This document shows, piece after piece, positions 57,794 to 64,000 of a DNA stretch of 64,000 nt. Numbering within the stretch: position 1 is the stretch's first letter; every line of letters begins with the position of its first letter. Source of the DNA: Escherichia phage REP4. The notes beneath the pieces were generated by a model that worked only from the letters and a program-made list of their open reading frames with translations, did not search any database and was not told where the DNA came from. The stretch is taken from sequence record OQ174503.1, one strand, 5' to 3'. The position numbers were made by a program, and so were the translations under genes.

Positions 57794-58603
57794 ATGCTTA
57801 AAGAACAACTGATTGCTGAAGCGCAAAAAATTGATGCTTCCGTTGCTCTTGATAGTATTTTCGAATCAGTTAATATTTCTCCGGAAGCAAAAGAAACTTT
57901 CGGCACTGTATTCGAAGCTACCGTCAAGCAGCACGCCGTTAAATTAGCTGAATCTCATATCGCTAAAATTGCTGAAAAAGCAGAAGAAGAAGTAGAAAAA
58001 AATAAAGAAGAAGCCGAAGAAAAAGCTGAGAAGAAAATCGCTGAGCAAGCTTCTAAATTCATCGACCATCTTGCGAAAGAATGGCTCGCTGAAAATAAAT
58101 TAGCAGTTGATAAAGGCATCAAAGCCGAACTGTTTGAATCCATGCTTGGTGGATTAAAAGAGCTCTTTGTTGAACACAACGTTGTTGTTCCAGAAGAATC
58201 AGTTGATGTTGTGGCTGAAATGGAAGAAGAGCTGCAAGAACATAAAGAAGAATCAGCTCGTCTGTTCGAAGAACTCAATATGCGCGACGCATATATCAAT
58301 TATGTGCAGCGTGAAGTGGCATTGAGCGAAAGTACTAAAGATCTGACTGAGTCTCAAAAAGAAAAAGTCTCTGCTCTGGTCGAAGGTATGGATTATTCAG
58401 ATGAATTCTCAAATAAATTGAGTGCCATCGTAGAAATGGTGAAGAAGTCTAATAAAGATGAAAGCACTATTACTGAGGGTATAAATACTCCTGATACTGA
58501 AGCAGCCGGACTGAATTTCGTCACTGAAGCTGTAGAAGATAAAGCTGCACCTGGTGCAGAAGATATTGTAAGTGTATATGCGAAAGTCGCATCTCGTTTC
58601 TAA
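57794..58603 (+). CDS. 22: Prohead core scaffold protein
   Basis: 269 aa, acidic helical; contains the gene 23 late promoter near its 3' end. Confidence 0.93.
   Translation: MLKEQLIAEAQKIDASVALDSIFESVNISPEAKETFGTVFEATVKQHAVKLAESHIAKIAEKAEEEVEKNKEEAEEKAEKKIAEQASKFIDHLAKEWLAENKLAVDKGIKAELFESMLGGLKELFVEHNVVVPEESVDVVAEMEEELQEHKEESARLFEELNMRDAYINYVQREVALSESTKDLTESQKEKVSALVEGMDYSDEFSNKLSAIVEMVKKSNKDESTITEGINTPDTEAAGLNFVTEAVEDKAAPGAEDIVSVYAKVASRF
58480..58487 (+). promoter_or_regulatory. Late promoter for gene 23, located inside the 3' end of gene 22
   Basis: GGGTATAAATACTCC. Confidence 0.75.
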
Positions 58604-58621
58604 TTTTAAAGGTTAACACAA

Positions 58622-60187
58622 ATGACTATCAAAACTAAAGCTGAACTTTTGAACAAATGGAAGCCATTACTGGAAGGTGAAGGTTTACCGGAAATTGCTA
58701 ATAGCAAACAAGCGATTATCGCTAAAATCTTTGAAAACCAGGAAAAAGATTTCCAGACAGCTCCAGAGTACAAAGACGAAAAAATCGCTCAGGCGTTCGG
58801 TTCTTTCTTAACAGAAGCTGAAATCGGTGGTGACCACGGTTACAATGCTACTAACATCGCTGCTGGTCAGACTTCTGGCGCAGTAACTCAGATTGGCCCA
58901 GCTGTTATGGGTATGGTACGTCGTGCTATTCCTAACCTGATTGCTTTCGATATTTGCGGTGTTCAGCCGATGAACAGCCCGACTGGCCAGGTATTCGCAC
59001 TGCGCGCAGTATATGGTAAAGACCCAATCGCTTCCGGTGCTAAAGAAGCATTCCACCCAATGTATGGCCCAGATGCAATGTTCTCTGGTCAGGGTGCTGC
59101 TAAGAAATTCCCGGCTCTGGCTGCTAGCACAGAAACCACAGTAGGTGATATCTATACTCACTTCTTCCAGGACACTGGTACTGTGTATCTGCAGGCTTCT
59201 GCTCAAGTAACAATTAGTGCAAGCGCAACTGATGCAGCTAAATTAGATGCTGAAATTAAGAAACAAATGGAAGCTGGTGCATTGGTAGAAATCGCTGAAG
59301 GTATGGCTACTTCTATCGCTGAACTCCAGGAAGGTTTCAACGGTTCTACCGATAACCCATGGAATGAAATGGGCTTCCGTATCGATAAACAAGTTATCGA
59401 AGCTAAATCTCGCCAGCTGAAAGCTGCTTACTCTATCGAATTAGCACAAGACCTCCGCGCTGTTCACGGTATGGATGCTGATGCCGAACTGTCTGGTATT
59501 CTGGCTACCGAAATCATGCTGGAAATCAACCGTGAAGTTGTTGATTGGATTAACTACTCGGCTCAGGTTGGTAAATCTGGTATGACCCTGACTCCAGGTT
59601 CTAAAGCTGGTGTATTTGACTTCCAGGATCCGATTGATATTCGTGGTGCTCGCTGGGCGGGTGAATCCTTTAAAGCTCTGTTGTTCCAGATTGACAAAGA
59701 AGCAGTTGAAATTGCTCGTCAGACCGGTCGTGGTGAAGGTAACTTCATTATCGCTTCCCGTAACGTAGTTAACGTTCTGGCTTCAGTTGATACTGGCATT
59801 TCTTATGCTGCACAGGGTCTGGCTACCGGCTTTAACACTGATACTACCAAGTCAGTATTTGCTGGTGTTCTGGGTGGTAAATACCGTGTATATATCGACC
59901 AGTATGCTAAACAGGATTATTTCACTGTAGGTTATAAAGGTCCGAACGAAATGGATGCTGGTATTTACTACGCTCCATATGTAGCTCTGACTCCGCTGCG
60001 TGGTTCCGATCCGAAGAACTTCCAACCAGTAATGGGATTCAAAACTCGTTACGGTATCGGTATCAACCCATTTGCAGAATCCGCTGCTCAGGCTCCGGCT
60101 TCTCGCATTCAAAGCGGTATGCCTTCTATTCTGAATAGCCTTGGTAAAAACGCTTACTTCCGCCGTGTATATGTTAAAGGTATCTAA
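58622..60187 (+). CDS. 23: Major capsid protein
   Basis: 521 aa; host-like codon usage; strong terminator downstream. Confidence 0.97.
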   Translation: MTIKTKAELLNKWKPLLEGEGLPEIANSKQAIIAKIFENQEKDFQTAPEYKDEKIAQAFGSFLTEAEIGGDHGYNATNIAAGQTSGAVTQIGPAVMGMVRRAIPNLIAFDICGVQPMNSPTGQVFALRAVYGKDPIASGAKEAFHPMYGPDAMFSGQGAAKKFPALAASTETTVGDIYTHFFQDTGTVYLQASAQVTISASATDAAKLDAEIKKQMEAGALVEIAEGMATSIAELQEGFNGSTDNPWNEMGFRIDKQVIEAKSRQLKAAYSIELAQDLRAVHGMDADAELSGILATEIMLEINREVVDWINYSAQVGKSGMTLTPGSKAGVFDFQDPIDIRGARWAGESFKALLFQIDKEAVEIARQTGRGEGNFIIASRNVVNVLASVDTGISYAAQGLATGFNTDTTKSVFAGVLGGKYRVYIDQYAKQDYFTVGYKGPNEMDAGIYYAPYVALTPLRGSDPKNFQPVMGFKTRYGIGINPFAESAAQAPASRIQSGMPSILNSLGKNAYFRRVYVKGI

Positions 60188-60202
60188 TCTTTGACGATTT
60201 AA

Positions 60203-60230
60203 GGGACCTTCGGGTCCCTTTAGTTGTTTT
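60203..60230 (+). terminator. Intrinsic terminator after gene 23
   Basis: GGGACC-TTCG-GGTCCC followed by TTTAGTTGTTTTT. Confidence 0.75.
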
Positions 60231-60235
60231 TATGG

Positions 60236-60243
60236 TATAAATA
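60236..60243 (+). promoter_or_regulatory. Late promoter for gene 24
   Basis: TATAAATA about 28 nt upstream of the gp24 ATG. Confidence 0.65.
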
Positions 60244-60270
60244 AATCATATAAACCAAAAGGAAAGCGCA

Positions 60271-61554
60271 ATGGCTAAAATCAACGAACTTCTGCGCGAA
60301 TCAACCACAACGAATAGCAACTCAATCGGTCGCCCAAATCTCGTTGCTTTGACTCGCGCTACCACTAAATTAATATATTCTGACATTGTAGCAACGCAAA
60401 GAACTAATCAACCTGTTGCTGCTTTTTATGGTATCAAATACCTTAACCCAGATAACGAATTTACATTTAAAACTGGTGCTACTTACGCTGGCGAAGCTGG
60501 GTACGTAGACCGAGAACAAATCACAGAATTAACAGAAGAGTCTAAATTAACTCTCAATAAAGGCGATTTATTCAAATATAATAATATCGTTTATAAAGTA
60601 TTAGAAGATACACCATTTGCTGATATTGAAGAAAGCGATTTAGAATTAGCTCTTCAGATTGCAATTGTTCTTTTAAAGGTTCGTCTATTTTCTGATGCAG
60701 CATCAACAAGCAAATTTGAAAGCTCTGATAGCGAAATTGCGGATGCTAGATTCCAGATTAATAAATGGCAAACCGCAGTTAAATCTCGTAAACTTAAAAC
60801 TGGCATTACAGTTGAATTAGCACAAGATTTAGAAGCAAATGGATTCGATGCTCCTAATTTCTTGGAAGATTTGCTTGCAACTGAAATGGCGGATGAAATC
60901 AATAAAGATATTCTGCAATCTTTGATTACAGTATCAAAACGCTATAAAGTTACAGGAATTACTGATACTGGATTCATTGATTTGAGTTATGCATCTGCAC
61001 CTGAAGCTGGTCGTTCATTATACCGAATGGTGTGTGAAATGGTTTCGCATATCCAAAAAGAATCAACTTATACTGCAACGTTCTGTGTTGCTTCAGCTCG
61101 TGCCGCTGCGATTCTTGCTGCATCAGGTTGGTTAAAACATAAACCAGAAGATGATAAATATCTTTCACAAAATGCCTATGGGTTCTTAGCTAATGGTTTA
61201 CCGCTTTATTGCGATACTAACAGCCCATTAGATTATGTAATCGTTGGCGTAGTAGAAAATATTGGTGAAAAAGAAATTGTCGGATCAATTTTCTATGCTC
61301 CGTATACAGAAGGTCTTGACTTAGATGACCCTGAACATGTAGGTGCATTTAAAGTTGTAGTTGATCCAGAAAGCTTACAACCATCTATCGGTTTATTGGT
61401 TAGATATGCTTTATCTGCAAATCCTTACACTGTAGCAAAAGATGAAAAAGAAGCAAGAATAATTGATGGTGGAGACATGGATAAAATGGCGGGTCGTTCA
61501 GATTTGTCTGTTTTATTAGGTGTTAAGCTACCAAAAATTATCGTCGATGAATAA
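60271..61554 (+). CDS. 24: Capsid vertex protein
   Basis: 427 aa; no intervening homing-endonuclease gene between 23 and 24. Confidence 0.93.
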   Translation: MAKINELLRESTTTNSNSIGRPNLVALTRATTKLIYSDIVATQRTNQPVAAFYGIKYLNPDNEFTFKTGATYAGEAGYVDREQITELTEESKLTLNKGDLFKYNNIVYKVLEDTPFADIEESDLELALQIAIVLLKVRLFSDAASTSKFESSDSEIADARFQINKWQTAVKSRKLKTGITVELAQDLEANGFDAPNFLEDLLATEMADEINKDILQSLITVSKRYKVTGITDTGFIDLSYASAPEAGRSLYRMVCEMVSHIQKESTYTATFCVASARAAAILAASGWLKHKPEDDKYLSQNAYGFLANGLPLYCDTNSPLDYVIVGVVENIGEKEIVGSIFYAPYTEGLDLDDPEHVGAFKVVVDPESLQPSIGLLVRYALSANPYTVAKDEKEARIIDGGDMDKMAGRSDLSVLLGVKLPKIIVDE

Positions 61555-61581
61555 AACAAAGGGACCGAAAGGTCCCTTTTT
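61554..61581. terminator. Bidirectional intrinsic terminator between gene 24 (+) and rnlB (-)
   Basis: GGGACC-GAAA-GGTCCC flanked by an A-run upstream and a T-run downstream. Confidence 0.75.
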
Positions 61582-61583
61582 AT

Positions 61584-62588
61584 TTAACTTACCAATTCAA
61601 TCCAAGCCGGGCGAAGTACATCTTGCACCATTTTAACTAATTCCTTTTTAATCAAAGAAGGATTATCTGCTTGAGTTAGAGTAATACCTTCACGAGAAGT
61701 TTCTTCCAAAATATCTTGAACAGTTAGTCCCATCACCTTTCCAAAATCCTTTGGACCAATTTCGCCAATTTTAGAAATGACGTTATTTACTCGGTTCAGT
61801 GTAACGTAGCAAGCTAAAATTCCCAGCAATTTATTATCAGCTTCTGACAGCTCAACTTTAGCTTTAATAGGCTTATCAGACTTTTTCTTTTCGCTAAATT
61901 TAGAGTTCTTGCATTTAATAGCTACACGATTACCGTTAGGCATCCAAGAAGGATAACAAGGTTTCAATACATAGCCTTCAGCGGTAAATACTTCGCCTTT
62001 TGCTTCGGCATTCCAGACGCATTTATTTGCATCAACTAATCCAGCATGGTCTACCGTAAAATTATAATCTTGAACGACAGAATCTAAATCATTTGGCAAT
62101 TTAATAAGTTCTTCAAATTTACCACGACCCAAAAGTGGAGCCATTTTAAATTTGAATGTATTACAGAATGATTCCATCATATAATCATCGACATAAGTCA
62201 CATCACCACTTTCTGTAGTAACAATAATGTCAAATACATAAAAATCTTTATCACCATAATCGACATTCTTCTGAATGCCAGGTCCAGCGAATTCGCCGAA
62301 GACTTGATAAGATACAACTGCCGAAGTTTCCATAATATCTTGTACTGCTTTAATGGAATCAGCGTAATTCTTTAGAATAATTTCATACCCAAAGAAATCT
62401 TCAGCAGGAAGAATCGGTCCAGTACGTTTAGCACAAGTTGCTTTATCGCGTTCAATAATCAATGAAAAGTTTGTACCGTGAATCTTTTCACGAGCTACCC
62501 ATTCGCCGCCAGTCAATCCTAAGCTGTAAAGTTTTTCAATGAATTTAGAATTATAATGATTTTCAAGACTGCTATACTTTTTAAACAT
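61584..62588 (-). CDS. rnlB: RNA ligase 2
   Basis: 334 aa [43 protein letters not shown]... with ligase KxHG(T)N motif. Confidence 0.93.
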   Translation of the reverse strand: MFKKYSSLENHYNSKFIEKLYSLGLTGGEWVAREKIHGTNFSLIIERDKATCAKRTGPILPAEDFFGYEIILKNYADSIKAVQDIMETSAVVSYQVFGEFAGPGIQKNVDYGDKDFYVFDIIVTTESGDVTYVDDYMMESFCNTFKFKMAPLLGRGKFEELIKLPNDLDSVVQDYNFTVDHAGLVDANKCVWNAEAKGEVFTAEGYVLKPCYPSWMPNGNRVAIKCKNSKFSEKKKSDKPIKAKVELSEADNKLLGILACYVTLNRVNNVISKIGEIGPKDFGKVMGLTVQDILEETSREGITLTQADNPSLIKKELVKMVQDVLRPAWIELVS

Positions 62589-62597
62589 AATTAATCC

Positions 62598-62876
62598 TCA
62601 AAATGTAATTTCTAACCAATCACCATCACGCTGATCACTATTGACTTTAAAGCTAAATCCTTCTTTTCTCAGCCAATCACCAATTTCTTCAGTAATCAAT
62701 TTATCGCGAGCAGTACAATAATAACTAAAATATGTTTTACCTTGTTCAGCTGCTTTATTAGCAAGTTCCGAAAAATCTTTAATAAAACACTCTAGTTTAA
62801 ACTGTTTACTTTTAAGGGCTTTTTCGCGTAATTGATTAGCAAAAGATTCATTTTCATAAAGATCATACTGTTCCAT
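62598..62876 (-). CDS. Hypothetical protein
   Basis: 92-aa ORF. Confidence 0.5.
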   Translation of the reverse strand: MEQYDLYENESFANQLREKALKSKQFKLECFIKDFSELANKAAEQGKTYFSYYCTARDKLITEEIGDWLRKEGFSFKVNSDQRDGDWLEITF

Positions 62877-63066
62877 TTTTCACCTTTTTATTGATATGTC
62901 TTTTTCTATAGACAACTTTTTCTCGAGTCTCAAATTTATTCTTAGCAGTCATAGCTCGAGCCCATAATACAGCCACTTCTTTCGCCTGTAAGTTCAATTC
63001 ACGAGCAATTTCAATGAATGACTTTCCAGACTCATGGAGTGTAAACACCACAACCTCAGTTCTCAT
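62863..63066 (-). CDS. Small helix-turn-helix protein
   Basis: Track ORF 62863..63078, start probably internal Met MRTEVVVF; HTH-like KSFIEIARELNLQAKEVAVLWARA. Confidence 0.45.
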   Translation of the reverse strand: MRTEVVVFTLHESGKSFIEIARELNLQAKEVAVLWARAMTAKNKFETREKVVYRKRHINKKVKNGTV

Positions 63067-63130
63067 AATCAATCTCATGTTATCGAGTTGGTGCCATTAT
63101 ATACATCGTTTTCTGATTGTGTTTTGTGTG

Positions 63131-63162
63131 CTTTCAAAATGAAGAAAGGGGCCGAAGCCCCT
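63131..63162 (-). terminator. Terminator hairpin after hoc
   Basis: AGGGGCC-GAA-GCCCCT followed by a U-rich tract in minus sense. Confidence 0.6.
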
Positions 63163-63166
63163 GAGA

Positions 63167-64000
63167 TTATGGATAGGTATAGATGATACCAGTTTCTAAA
63201 GCAGTTTTATGAATGATGTATCCATTGCGCGATTCTTGAACATCAACTTCTGGATAGTCTTTCATCATCTTCTGAAGAGTGTAACGATGCAAGTAGTACT
63301 TACTATCTGGGTCGTCAGTTTTCCAGTCTTTACCTTCTTCAGTCATTTTTTGGATTTCATCCATAACCCACCAACCGCACCAGATATAAGCTGAAGTACG
63401 ATGTGGAAGAGGATGAACATAAGGCAATTCACCTTCCGGTTCCGGAGCAACTTTATCAGTTACCTGAACTTGACCTTCTGCTGTAATAGTTTTGCTATCA
63501 TAATCAGTGGCAGTAACAGTTGCAGTAACTTCAATAGTTTGACTTCCAATAGATGATGTATCAACGGTGTATACATTAGTTGACCCTTCTACAGGAGAAG
63601 AATCTTTCTTCCATGAATAAGTAATTTGCGCTTCTTCCGGAGCATCCGTAACGTTAGCAGTAAATGTAGCCGAAGCATCTTGCTGAACATTAATAGAAGG
63701 AGGAGTCAATGTAACCTGTGGATTCATTGTCTTCTTATTAACTGTCAATGATACTTCATTGGAAGTAACTTCCTTTTCATTATAATTTTCTGCAGTTACT
63801 TGGGCTACGCATTTAATTCTTTTTACTCCACTTGTAGTTGGAGTATAGTTAAATGTAGAGTTAGTTTCTCCACCAACTTGTGAATCATCTACATACCACT
63901 GATACGTGGCAGACGCTCCATCAGGTTGAGAAGCTAAGGCAGCAGTAAATTGAACCGGGGTTCCAATTACTCCAGCAGCAGGACTATCAGGAGTTACTGC
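63167..64000 (-). CDS. hoc: Highly immunogenic outer capsid protein, C-terminal part (N-terminus beyond window end)
   Basis: Reading frame open to the window edge; Ig-like repeats and C-terminal capsid-binding segment ...PYVHPLPHR.SAYIWCGWWVMDEIQ...; track start at 63748 is a non-ATG codon inside the gene. Confidence 0.9.
   Translation of the reverse strand, partial: AVTPDSPAAGVIGTPVQFTAALASQPDGASATYQWYVDDSQVGGETNSTFNYTPTTSGVKRIKCVAQVTAENYNEKEVTSNEVSLTVNKKTMNPQVTLTPPSINVQQDASATFTANVTDAPEEAQITYSWKKDSSPVEGSTNVYTVDTSSIGSQTIEVTATVTATDYDSKTITAEGQVQVTDKVAPEPEGELPYVHPLPHRTSAYIWCGWWVMDEIQKMTEEGKDWKTDDPDSKYYLHRYTLQKMMKDYPEVDVQESRNGYIIHKTALETGIIYTYP

Noticed and set aside
58622-60187. GC-rich, host-like codon usage in gene 23 as a sign of horizontal transfer
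   Set aside because: This is the most highly expressed late gene; the bias is better explained by translational selection. Only the GrcA-like 3' half was reported as host-derived.

Overview
This window is a near-contiguous segment of a T4-like (T-even, Tequatrovirus-type) phage genome, running from gene 49 (endonuclease VII, truncated at the window start) to hoc (truncated at the window end). All identifications rest on my reading of the translations and recall of T4 proteins; no database search was run. Coordinates 1-31570 are a minus-strand early/middle accessory region: nrdC, tk, regB, a GrcA-like gene, lysozyme e, nudE, 57B/Acb1, 57A, genes 1, 3, 2 and 4, many small unknown ORFs, and a cluster of eleven tRNAs. 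Coordinates 31618-61554 are the plus-strand late structural block (genes 53, 5, 5.1, 5.4, 6-12, wac, 13-24) with T4-length proteins and TATAAATA late promoters, followed by minus-strand rnlB and hoc. Differences from T4 as I recall it: three extra tRNAs (His, Asn, Tyr), five rather than three internal-protein genes, a frameshifted rI, and no denV, segB, segD or mobD. The most promising candidates for undescribed function are the expanded internal-protein family, the Q-family tRNA block, a macro-domain gene, a nucleotidyltransferase/ATPase module, a four-gene paralogous family, and a membrane-protein array next to a PspA-like gene. I found no CRISPR array, integrase or transposase.
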